From an uncultured virus (IMG/VR IMGVR_UViG_3300042397_001885) (taxonomy: Duplodnaviria > Heunggongvirae > Uroviricota > Caudoviricetes): a stretch of DNA of 64,000 nt. The stretch lies in IMG/VR virus record IMGVR_UViG_3300042397_001885; one strand, 5' to 3'. The notes beneath the pieces were generated by a model that ran no database searches, was not told where the DNA came from, and was given only the letters and a program-made list of their open reading frames with translations. The position numbers and the translations under genes are program-made. Positions 48,794-57,756 of this stretch are shown piece by piece. Each line of letters opens with the position of its first letter. Positions within the stretch are counted from its first letter, which is position 1.

Positions 48794-49837
48794 CTAGTTG
48801 GTCTCTATAGTTATTTCATCAATGGTTGTTCCCTGAGAATAACTTGAAGGCTTAACCATTATACCATATTTTGCATTAATTGCAACTCCAGTTGGTGTAT
48901 AAGTTAGGTCTGCCCCAATTTGTGAAGAAAGATTTGCATCTGAATACGGCTTTATTGTAGCTGTTGCAGAAGTTTTTGCTGGATTTACAGAAGATATAAT
49001 TACTCTAAAAGACTGAATAACACTTGCCACTGTCCAACTTGTTAACTGTGTAACGGTATTTGCAACAGATCTTATAAATCTAATATATTGTGGATAACAT
49101 GTTTGACAGTTGCAAGTAAAAAAAGTTGTGGCATTAAATGATGCACATGGATATGAGGCTGAGTTGCACACAGTGGACCATGTAGAGCATGGGGTATTTC
49201 CTGCATTACAAGGACTACTCCATGTTGTACACATAAAACTTGAGTTTGAACCATTGCAGTTTCCAGTATTATATCCACCATTACATACTCTAGACCAAGC
49301 AGTGCATGGACTAAATGGCGTACTCATCATATTGCAAGGGCTAGTGTAGGATCTACAAAATCTATTTCCTACAACATCGCAGAAATAATTACCTCCATTA
49401 CAAGGACGGCTCCATGTAGTGCATGAAAAAAATGTAGCATTGCAAGGATAGTTTGCCGCATTGCAAACATAGTTAGTAGAAGCACAGTTTCCTGGGGTTG
49501 AGCAAGTTTGACAATTACAAGTTACACTCTCCTGGTCAATTCCAACTCCAAACCAGTTTCCACTATCTGTAACCCACAGAGCTGCAGTAGATCCTTGAGT
49601 TACACCACTTAAACTAATGGTAACGGTGTCTTTTGGCATATCAACTGAAGCCAATGGATAATTTGAAGGAGTTTGTCCATCTGCTTTATTGGAAGTAATA
49701 TTAAAAGATCCTCGAATTATGCTCCAAGTAGAACCATCAGAGGAAGTACCAAGACCAGTCTGATTAGCTCTATTAAAGGTATCTCTAAATATTTTTCTTG
49801 CTGCAGATGCTATTGAGCCAAAATTAACTAATCTCAT
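48794..49837 (-). CDS. putative fibre-tip/adhesin with 22-Cys insert
   Basis: DTFNRAN...W...G.F beta-sandwich start; central Cys-rich segment bounded by TCNCQTC; directly after a long fibre gene. Confidence 0.6.
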   Translation of the reverse strand: MRLVNFGSIASAARKIFRDTFNRANQTGLGTSSDGSTWSIIRGSFNITSNKADGQTPSNYPLASVDMPKDTVTISLSGVTQGSTAALWVTDSGNWFGVGIDQESVTCNCQTCSTPGNCASTNYVCNAANYPCNATFFSCTTWSRPCNGGNYFCDVVGNRFCRSYTSPCNMMSTPFSPCTAWSRVCNGGYNTGNCNGSNSSFMCTTWSSPCNAGNTPCSTWSTVCNSASYPCASFNATTFFTCNCQTCYPQYIRFIRSVANTVTQLTSWTVASVIQSFRVIISSVNPAKTSATATIKPYSDANLSSQIGADLTYTPTGVAINAKYGIMVKPSSYSQGTTIDEITIETN

Positions 49838-49844
49838 AATTTTA

Positions 49845-52800
49845 TTATACCGTAAGGTCTCCCATCAACAACCAGGTATTTGCTGCAGTTTTTACAAGTA
49901 CTGCAGAAGACCACTGTGCCCTAAGCTTTCTTCCAGGAGTAGCATTTACTGTAGTTGTAGCTGGAGTTACTGCTGCTACGGTAATCAAACCAGTTCCTGC
50001 CTGAACAATATTAATTTGTGTTCCAATAGGAAAGTTTAATGAAGCATCTGTTGGAATTAAAAGATTTCCAGCAGTAGTTGAGTTATTTAGCATTAACAAG
50101 TCTCCATCATCTCCAATTGTCAAAGTATAAGAATTTGTTACAAATGTAGGATTTAAAATATCAATATGGCTAATTACATTTCCAGTTGTATTTAAAGAAG
50201 TTCCAGTTGCTGCCCCAATATTTGGAGTAGTTAAAGATGGACTAGTTATTGTTGCATATGTAGTAGAAGCATTAGATTGTGTTAGATACGTTGAAGAAGC
50301 AGAAGACTGTGTTAGATATGTGCTAAAAGCAATTGATTGTTCTAAATATGTACTGGAAGCACTTGACTGTGTTAAGTATAAAGATAAGTCTAAAGTTTCC
50401 CAAGAAGCGGTAGATCCATCAGTTGAAAGATACTTTCCATTATTTCCAGACTGGGATGGTAGTGCATCAATTGTTCCCCATTCAAGACCATCTTCTAGTG
50501 AATTAATTTTAAGTACTTGTCCAGCACTTCCTAAAGTTGAAAGACCAGTTCCACCATATTGATATCCAATTGTGGAGGCATTCCATTCTCCAGAAATTAA
50601 AGCTCCTACAGAAACGCTTCCAGAAAATGATCCATTATTTAATGTAACATCGTTTGCATAAACATCTGCTAAAGAAAAAGATATATGACCTGTATCAATA
50701 TTAACTGCCTCATCTGGTTCTGGAGTATAACCCTTAAAGAATTTAAAGATACCATCAGATGCATCTCTAAACAAACCTGCGTGAGCATATCCTGCATCAT
50801 AATATCCACCTGCAAAACCTAAGTCTGGATTAGCTTCTTCCTTTGCATGAGAAGTACCACCAGATATGTAAGTGTCTGTAGTAGTACTTTCTACAACGAA
50901 AGATGAAGCTGTAGCAGAATAAACTGTTTTTAAATCTCCTGTTGAAATATTAAAACTTGAAGGGTCTACTCCAGTAACTCTAATATCCATTCCAACTGTA
51001 TATAAATTGTCTGCAATATATGTTACATATGTTCCATCTCCAGAAGCCCCTGTGATTTCTGAATCAAGAGCAGCATTTAAATAAATTAAATTATCATGAG
51101 TTGCAACTGTTCTAGTATTTTCAGTTGTTGTAGTTCCAGCTACATGTAGATTTCCATCTACCCAAAGATCTTTTGCTACCCCCACTCCACCAGATACGAT
51201 CAAAGCACCTGTAGTAGAGTCTGTGGCTTCTGTTGTATTACTAATTGTAATGGCATTTGATGAAGTTGCTCCACGACCAGTCACTGTTTCAAGTGTGTCT
51301 GATTCTGAAGATAAGTATGTCAAAGATGCAGACGATTGAGTTAGATAAGTTGAAGATGCAGAAGCTATTGTAAGATAGGAAGAAAGATCTACTGCCCCAC
51401 CACCAGAAACTTCAATCCAATATAAAGAATCGAATATGAATAGCTCTAAAGTATCTGAGTCAAACCACAAGTCTCCTTCTGACGGAGAAGTTGGTGCACT
51501 AGAAGAAATGGTAACACTAGAACCACCTCCACCTTCTATGATCTGATTTATCCATTTAGAAGATGCTGAATTCCAAACTATAGAATCACCATCAGAGAGT
51601 GATGATATTTCAACATTTGAAAGACTATCTATAGTATGATTATGATCTATTTGAGAATATAAAGCAGATGCACTTGATACTGTTAAATAATCTTGAAATT
51701 CTACCCATTCTTGTGTAGCAACAAGTTCATCATATATTTTTACAAATTCGTCTGGTTGAAGAATTATACTTCCATTATTTGTATGAATATATAAATCATC
51801 AAATACGTCTATAAATAAACTGTTTGCACTTGCAGAAAAAGTATGATATTCAAGATCCCCATTAAATGTCAAATTTCCATGAATAATAGGGGAGCTAATG
51901 GTTTTATTTGTTAAAGTTTCTATTCCATCAATTGTTGCATAATCTCCAACTGGCTGATATATTTCACCAGCATCAAAAGTAGTTAGGTATGTATTGCTAT
52001 CTATTACCCATTCATTAAAAATATTCTTCTTTAAGAATCCTGGAGATCCTGAAGATAGTTCTACAATTGCAGTTAAATTTCCATCTAATGGTTGATAAGC
52101 AGAAGCACTTGCAAGACTTTCAAAAGTTAGAAAAGTATTTAATGCATCTATTTGAGTTAAATATTCTTCTTGTGCATCTACTTGAGTTAAATAAGTTGAA
52201 GATGCACTGCTAGTTGTTAAATACGTTGCAGTGTCTACGCCCCATCCAAGACCCCCATCTGTTCTTAAAAATCCTTCTACATTTTCTAAACCAGTTAAAT
52301 TAAAAAGTCTTACACTTATTGGCTGATATAGCAAAGTTGCATCACCAGTTGTTAAGTAATCATATAAGTCTTCTGTTGTTGCAATACCTGACTCTGATGC
52401 TGTTTGGTTAAGCCAAAGTCCAGAGGCACTATTATATGCCAATAGTTCATTATTTTGAACAGATCCAGAAATTAAAACATCGTGCATCCATTCTAAATGA
52501 TTATTTCCTGGAACAATTCTTACTGCAATTTGTCCAGTGGATGCGTGACGAACGGTAATAAAAGCAACAGCCAGGTCGTGCTGTGGTCTTACCTTAGTAA
52601 GTTTTCCAGCAACAGTTGGATGAGCAAAAAGAATATCTCCTGCAGCCCATGTTTCATCGCCAACAGCTATACTACTAGCAACGTTACCTCTAGTATCTAG
52701 TCCAGTTAAAGTTCCAAAACTTATCACTTCTCCATTAACACCGTTAGAAATATTTGCAGTAGCCATACCCATAACAGTTAGTTCTGAGTTAATTCCACCA

Positions 52801-53084
52801 ACTGCTGCAAAAGGCTCTACGTCTATTCTTCCACTAGGCTCTGCTCCTGAAGCAGAAACCAAAGTTCCCTTTAATATTGTTGATCCAGTATTATTTCTAA
52901 CTAAATAAACAGAACTAGTTGACTTAGAATCAACGTCACCTGCACCAAGGACTGACCAAGCTCCTGCTTGGTAAATCTTTGCAACAGATGCTGAAGAATT
53001 AAAATATAGCTCGCCTTCAGAGCCAGTAGCTGGATCTGTATCCAACACTACTAAATTTAATCCTGTTAAAAATTTCTTTGCCAT
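49845..53084 (-). CDS. long tail fibre / appendage protein
   Basis: YLTQSSASST repeats, PTSPSEGDLWFDS, LPSQSGNNGKYLSTDG, C-terminal FPIGTQI...LRAQWSSAVLVK...W.L.GDL. Confidence 0.8.
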   Translation of the reverse strand: MAKKFLTGLNLVVLDTDPATGSEGELYFNSSASVAKIYQAGAWSVLGAGDVDSKSTSSVYLVRNNTGSTILKGTLVSASGAEPSGRIDVEPFAAVGGINSELTVMGMATANISNGVNGEVISFGTLTGLDTRGNVASSIAVGDETWAAGDILFAHPTVAGKLTKVRPQHDLAVAFITVRHASTGQIAVRIVPGNNHLEWMHDVLISGSVQNNELLAYNSASGLWLNQTASESGIATTEDLYDYLTTGDATLLYQPISVRLFNLTGLENVEGFLRTDGGLGWGVDTATYLTTSSASSTYLTQVDAQEEYLTQIDALNTFLTFESLASASAYQPLDGNLTAIVELSSGSPGFLKKNIFNEWVIDSNTYLTTFDAGEIYQPVGDYATIDGIETLTNKTISSPIIHGNLTFNGDLEYHTFSASANSLFIDVFDDLYIHTNNGSIILQPDEFVKIYDELVATQEWVEFQDYLTVSSASALYSQIDHNHTIDSLSNVEISSLSDGDSIVWNSASSKWINQIIEGGGGSSVTISSSAPTSPSEGDLWFDSDTLELFIFDSLYWIEVSGGGAVDLSSYLTIASASSTYLTQSSASLTYLSSESDTLETVTGRGATSSNAITISNTTEATDSTTGALIVSGGVGVAKDLWVDGNLHVAGTTTTENTRTVATHDNLIYLNAALDSEITGASGDGTYVTYIADNLYTVGMDIRVTGVDPSSFNISTGDLKTVYSATASSFVVESTTTDTYISGGTSHAKEEANPDLGFAGGYYDAGYAHAGLFRDASDGIFKFFKGYTPEPDEAVNIDTGHISFSLADVYANDVTLNNGSFSGSVSVGALISGEWNASTIGYQYGGTGLSTLGSAGQVLKINSLEDGLEWGTIDALPSQSGNNGKYLSTDGSTASWETLDLSLYLTQSSASSTYLEQSIAFSTYLTQSSASSTYLTQSNASTTYATITSPSLTTPNIGAATGTSLNTTGNVISHIDILNPTFVTNSYTLTIGDDGDLLMLNNSTTAGNLLIPTDASLNFPIGTQINIVQAGTGLITVAAVTPATTTVNATPGRKLRAQWSSAVLVKTAANTWLLMGDLTV

Positions 53085-53100
53085 TTTTTCCTTCTAATAT

Positions 53101-53128
53101 GAGGGGCTAGGGTTTAATCTAGCCCCCC
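53101..53128 (-). terminator. hairpin after 53146..54573
   Basis: GGGGCTAG...CTAGCCCC stem. Confidence 0.6.
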
Positions 53129-53145
53129 ACATATTATATTATATT

Positions 53146-54573
53146 TTATCCAATTACTACAACACGGTAAGTATCAGCAGTGATTGTTGAACCACTGTTA
53201 ATTTTTACTGTTACAGCAGATGTTGATGTATGTTGTACATCTACTTCTACCTGTGCATAATCAGCAGCAACTTCATATACTTGAACTGTTACATCCTTGG
53301 TTCCAAGGTTATGTGTTACAGTCCATGTGCATAATCCGCCAGTTGATGTTAGAGATCCATTACCTTCTGCATACTTTCTTGGGAATCCATCAGAAACAAG
53401 AGCTGTTTCTAAATCAGACTTGTTTACTGCTAGACCACCTGTAGTTGTAAGGTATGAACTTGAACCTGATAGTAATGTGATATCAATTGATCCTGAAGAA
53501 ACAGAAATTGAATCGCTACCATTTAGGTATGCATCAATCTCATCATCTACAGCACTATTAAAATCAGTAATATCAGTTGCAACATGTGAATGACCTTCCA
53601 AAGAAATAGTTGTTACACTACCCGATACTCCAGCCTTCCATGCATCAATATTCTCATCCCAAACAAGTTCTGCGTTAGTTAGATCACCACGCTCAATCTC
53701 AATACCTGCATTGACTGTAGGAGTTCCAGTTACGTTGCTGTTAAGAGTAATTTGATTATCCTCAACTAGCAAAGTTTCTGTATTTAGCGTTGTTACGCTA
53801 CCACTTACGGTCAAATCTCCAGTTACAATAAGGTCTCCTCCGATTGTTACATCGTCTGGAAGACCAATTGTTACTAGACCTGTTGATGCTGATACAGTTA
53901 CCTGATTTGCAGTACCTGACACAGATGTAACACCAGTGTTTTCAATTGTTACAGACGCACCTTCTCCAGTTCCAGTAACACTAATACCGTCACCAGATCC
54001 AGAAACACTTGCAACATAATCACCAGTTGTATCCGATCCAAGAGCTACTGCATCCGCTACGATATCTGCAGTAATAGTTACATCAGAAGATCCATCAAAG
54101 CTTACGCTTCCACTTAAAGATCCTCCTAAACTAATTGTTCTGCTAGTTTCAAGAGCAGTTGCAGTATCTGCATTACCAGTTAAATCACCAGTAACGTCTA
54201 CTGTTATTGACTCTGGAAGGCTAATTGTTACTGCACCAGCAGAGGCACTTACTGAAACTTCGTTTTCTGTTCCAGCAACGCTTGTTACTCCAGTATTTTC
54301 AATTGTAAGAGTTCCTTCTTCATCATCATAAGACAATGAAATTCCAGTTCCACTTTCAAGCAAATCACTTACTGCATCTCCAATAGCTTCGATAGAGCCA
54401 ACAGCTTCCCACTGACTTGTCGTTCCATTGTAGAATTTTAGTACTTGATCAACAGTATTGAAATAAAGTTGACCAGCAGCTCCAGTTAATGGATCTGTAG
54501 CCAAATTGTGGATTACACCATTGCGTAATTCATTTGAATTTAAATCAATATTTGTTAAAAATTTTCTAGACAT
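53146..54573 (-). CDS. fibre/appendage protein
   Basis: GVTSV.GT.N repeats, GNADTATALETSRTI, GDLTVSGSVTTLNT, VTHNLGTKDV. Confidence 0.75.
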   Translation of the reverse strand: MSRKFLTNIDLNSNELRNGVIHNLATDPLTGAAGQLYFNTVDQVLKFYNGTTSQWEAVGSIEAIGDAVSDLLESGTGISLSYDDEEGTLTIENTGVTSVAGTENEVSVSASAGAVTISLPESITVDVTGDLTGNADTATALETSRTISLGGSLSGSVSFDGSSDVTITADIVADAVALGSDTTGDYVASVSGSGDGISVTGTGEGASVTIENTGVTSVSGTANQVTVSASTGLVTIGLPDDVTIGGDLIVTGDLTVSGSVTTLNTETLLVEDNQITLNSNVTGTPTVNAGIEIERGDLTNAELVWDENIDAWKAGVSGSVTTISLEGHSHVATDITDFNSAVDDEIDAYLNGSDSISVSSGSIDITLLSGSSSYLTTTGGLAVNKSDLETALVSDGFPRKYAEGNGSLTSTGGLCTWTVTHNLGTKDVTVQVYEVAADYAQVEVDVQHTSTSAVTVKINSGSTITADTYRVVVIG

Positions 54574-54591
54574 ATATATTCACCTCCTTCA

Positions 54592-55038
54592 TTATGATAA
54601 ATACGCCCTTCCCGAAAATGCTCCGATAAAGGACAAAACTACAGTATTTGAATTTGGATAGTTATATGACCCCTCAACAACTGTTCCTGCTGTGTCAACT
54701 ACTGTAATATTAGGGGTAAACCCTAATCCATGTGTAATGGTCCAAGTTGCAGAAGATACTTCTTGAATATGAACATACCCAAGCTCCTGATTTCCAACAA
54801 GGTCTGTAGGATTTCCCCAACCAGACAATGTTTTTGGACCATACAAATTCATGTTTGTTGTATTTAAGAAAAAGTCTCCAACAATGCCAACATTGCTACT
54901 TGGAGCACTTGTACCATTAAGAATACCAGTTCCTCTAGCACCTTGTGGACCAGAAGTTCCTAATTCAATTACAACATTTTCTTCATCAATTGTTACATTG
55001 TTTACAATTTGATCAATTTCTACTTTTAATTCTGCCAT
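54592..55038 (-). CDS. structural protein with collagen-like stub
   Basis: GPQGARGT..LNG..AP....G..GDFFLN; WTITHGLG. Confidence 0.7.
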   Translation of the reverse strand: MAELKVEIDQIVNNVTIDEENVVIELGTSGPQGARGTGILNGTSAPSSNVGIVGDFFLNTTNMNLYGPKTLSGWGNPTDLVGNQELGYVHIQEVSSATWTITHGLGFTPNITVVDTAGTVVEGSYNYPNSNTVVLSFIGAFSGRAYLS

Positions 55039-55382
55039 TATCTTGTTACCTCTGGTGTAACAATAAATGTTCCTTCAATAAGTCTATCAACATCAAATGA
55101 TGGACTAATAATTTCTAAATCATAAACATGACTACCTGGAGGTAAATCAGATGTATCACTATTTGATATATAGATATCAATAGTTCCTGCTGATCCACTA
55201 ATTGTAATTCCAGATCCTGATACTAGTGAAATAAGTGGCTCTGTAGAATAATATGCCTGTCTTACTTGTAATCTTGAAGAATATCCTGATAAATCAATAG
55301 GTAGGTCATCCAGAGTGTATGTTAAAGTCCTTCTAAAGGTACTACCTTGAGGACAAACAAAGTTTACAAGCCCTGGGGTCAT
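55038..55382 (-). CDS. BppU-like fibre adaptor protein
   Basis: QGSTFRR, IDLSGYSSRLQVR, YDLEI, RLIEGTFIVTPEVTR; start MTPGLV. Confidence 0.7.
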   Translation of the reverse strand: MTPGLVNFVCPQGSTFRRTLTYTLDDLPIDLSGYSSRLQVRQAYYSTEPLISLVSGSGITISGSAGTIDIYISNSDTSDLPPGSHVYDLEIISPSFDVDRLIEGTFIVTPEVTR

Positions 55383-55430
55383 GTTGGGCACTCCTATTTA
55401 TTTCTTACTTTCCTATTATACCAAACTATT

Positions 55431-55760
55431 TTATTTCTTATCTGCAATATATGCTACTAAAACATCGTGAATTACTTTTACTTCTCCAGTTAATTGCTTA
55501 ACATCTGCTTTAATTTCACTTTGATTATCTCCTAGACAATTTACCTTGTCTGCCATGCTTGATCCACCATTTGGAAATATTTGATGCTCTACACGGTCTA
55601 GCCTATCTGCAATAGTTCTACCCTGAGCATCTTTACCAAGAATTCTTTCAAACTTTCTTACTGTTGCATATCCAACGCCAAATATGGCGGTAAGTGATAA
55701 AAACATTTGCCAGTTTTCGACAAACATAGATATTGAATTATTCACGATTTTATGGTACAA
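55431..55760 (-). CDS. membrane protein with NGGSS motif (lysis-cassette-type in actinophages); start uncertain
   Basis: One TM segment then RLDRVEHQIFPNGGSSMADKV and a coiled coil. Confidence 0.6.
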   Translation of the reverse strand: MYHKIVNNSISMFVENWQMFLSLTAIFGVGYATVRKFERILGKDAQGRTIADRLDRVEHQIFPNGGSSMADKVNCLGDNQSEIKADVKQLTGEVKVIHDVLVAYIADKK

Positions 55761-55815
55761 TCTCCTATAAGACTTAATGACAATTATAACATATGAATAA
55801 CATAAGGAGTAATAT

Positions 55816-56028
55816 ATGACTGAAACAAAAGAAAAAGTATTAAAAATTGCAGATCGTTGTGACAGATGTGGTGCTCAAGCTTTCATACTTGCTACTGGAG
55901 TTTCAGGGGATTTAATGTTTTGTGGTCATCATTATCACAAATATGAATATGCAATTACTCAATGGGCTTATAAGATTATTAATGAATTAGATACTATTAA
56001 TGAAAAGTCTGCAAGTAGTCCTATTTAA
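55816..56028 (+). CDS. small Zn-binding protein of an actinobacterial family
   Basis: ADRCDRCGAQA...LMFCGHH; AAGGAG RBS; TGGTACAAT at 55753-55761. Confidence 0.75.
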   Translation: MTETKEKVLKIADRCDRCGAQAFILATGVSGDLMFCGHHYHKYEYAITQWAYKIINELDTINEKSASSPI

Positions 56029-56996
56029 GTTTTAATTATATAGTTAATAGTTATATATGGTTGTAAGTTTCCAGAAGATGCAGAAGCACTAGACTGACCA
56101 GATGTGCCAGTAAGATTAGGAACGTCAATTGCTGTAGTGTGTGTATGTGCAGCACTGCGACCACCAGTTCCATCTATATATCTACTAACACCACCTCCGT
56201 AATAAATTCCAACATTTAAAATTTCTCCAGTAACTGGAGTTCCATCACTATGAACAATGTTTAAATCAAATCCGTGACCGTGATCAGCACTCTCAGTTCC
56301 AGATGTGGCGTTAAATGAGCCATGATCGTGTGAAATAGAGTGATCATGGGGGGCTGTAGATGTCTTACTTCCACCAGACTCACCAAGTAAATCAAATTCA
56401 GTTTGTGAAGAATCTTTTCCTACTGGAACTCTTCCTTTAAAATTTGGAATTCTAAAGTGTGTTGATCCAGCTCCCCCAGATCCATTTGTATTTGCTCCAT
56501 ATGGAAAAATGGTTCCATTTGAAGTTAAAGAATTATAAAGATTTTGATAAGTTGTAATTAAAACTTCTTGACCATCACAAAATAACCATCCAGTTGGTGA
56601 TACAGATGAAGATCCAGCATATTGATTAATGACTCCTGGAACTATAGTGAGTTTAGTTGAAATTAAATTTGTAATAGTGGTAGCAAAATTTGGATCATCT
56701 GATAGTGCTGCTGCAAGTTCATTTAAAGTATTTAGTGTTGATGGTGCAGAATCAACAATTGCTGAAACTGCTGCTGCAGAAGCGGAACTTAAATCAATAT
56801 TGTTTAACTCTATTTTTGTTGCATATGTTGTAGAGGCAGAAGCTTGAGTTAGATAATTTGTTGATGCTGAAATTTGAGTTAAATAAGTTGTTGAAGCGGA
56901 TGCTTTAGATAAATATGTGGCAGATGCAGAAGATTGACTAAGAAGAGATCCAATTTGAGAAGATGAAGCTGTTCTAAATACTGTTACTTGTGCCAT
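56025..56996 (-). CDS. short tail fibre with tail-collar domain
   Basis: APSTLNTLNELAAAL.DDPNF, PTGWLFCDGQ, FRIPNFKGRVPVG, HxH motifs, NLQPYITINYIIK. Confidence 0.88.
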   Translation of the reverse strand: MAQVTVFRTASSSQIGSLLSQSSASATYLSKASASTTYLTQISASTNYLTQASASTTYATKIELNNIDLSSASAAAVSAIVDSAPSTLNTLNELAAALSDDPNFATTITNLISTKLTIVPGVINQYAGSSSVSPTGWLFCDGQEVLITTYQNLYNSLTSNGTIFPYGANTNGSGGAGSTHFRIPNFKGRVPVGKDSSQTEFDLLGESGGSKTSTAPHDHSISHDHGSFNATSGTESADHGHGFDLNIVHSDGTPVTGEILNVGIYYGGGVSRYIDGTGGRSAAHTHTTAIDVPNLTGTSGQSSASASSGNLQPYITINYIIKT

Positions 56997-57023
56997 AATA
57001 TTTAATTATATCACTTATGATAT

Positions 57024-57242
57024 TTAAGAAATTCCGCCATCAATAGTTAATACAACTTCTGCAAAAGCAGTTCCTCCATCAAGGACGGTATCAATTCCTA
57101 AAATTGCAGTAGGAAGATTATCTATTGTAACAAAGTCTTCTATATCTATATCTTGACCTTGTTTTTTCCAAAATTCTCCATCCCAAAAATATCCTTGAAA
57201 GGTATCATTTACTTCTGGATCTAAAGGGAATATAGTAGACAT
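57024..57242 (-). CDS. small structural protein
   Basis: FP..P..ND.F..Y.WDG..W fibre-type N-terminus; LDGG/IDGG C-terminus. Confidence 0.6.
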   Translation of the reverse strand: MSTIFPLDPEVNDTFQGYFWDGEFWKKQGQDIDIEDFVTIDNLPTAILGIDTVLDGGTAFAEVVLTIDGGIS

Positions 57243-57754
57243 TATGCAGCACCATATTCTGTTATAGTCATATTTCCAGATTGTGATGCTGAGAGTGTTC
57301 CTTCAATATTTCCATCAAAAATTGCTACAATGTTGTCTCCATTTAAATAAGGAATCCATTGTGGTGGATTAAATGTTTTACTTATTTGACCATTAGAGTC
57401 AGTAATCATTGTTGAGCTACTTGGGGGATCTTCAGATAAAGAGGATTGTCCAAAAATAGTTCCTCCAATATTAAAATATACAGACTGTCCAACAACTGGA
57501 TTTGAATAATAATCTTCATCTAATCCAGATGTTAGTGTTGCTGTTAATGTAACTGAGAATAATTCATATGGGGAATTAATTGAAATGTTGTTATTATCAC
57601 CTGGAAATGCTGAATAGTTAGAAACTACAGGAGTTCCATAGGCATCAAGAGATGGATAATATTCATAACTAGTTACCTGAGAAGATAAAACTATCTTTGT
57701 TGGAACTGCTGTTACACCTGCACCAGCAGCTGATACAATGCCTAGAGGGATCAA
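57242..57754 (-). CDS. putative fibre-tip protein, Ig-like
   Basis: MIPLGIVSAA N-terminus; VTLTATL...PVVGQSVYF...TDSNGQ Ig-like pattern. Confidence 0.55.
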   Translation of the reverse strand: MIPLGIVSAAGAGVTAVPTKIVLSSQVTSYEYYPSLDAYGTPVVSNYSAFPGDNNNISINSPYELFSVTLTATLTSGLDEDYYSNPVVGQSVYFNIGGTIFGQSSLSEDPPSSSTMITDSNGQISKTFNPPQWIPYLNGDNIVAIFDGNIEGTLSASQSGNMTITEYGAA

Positions 57755-57756
57755 TT

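Noticed and set aside
48794..49837. RiPP precursor reading of the Cys-rich segment
   Set aside because: It is internal to a 347-aa fibre-associated protein, and no radical SAM, YcaO, lanthipeptide enzyme or transporter is nearby
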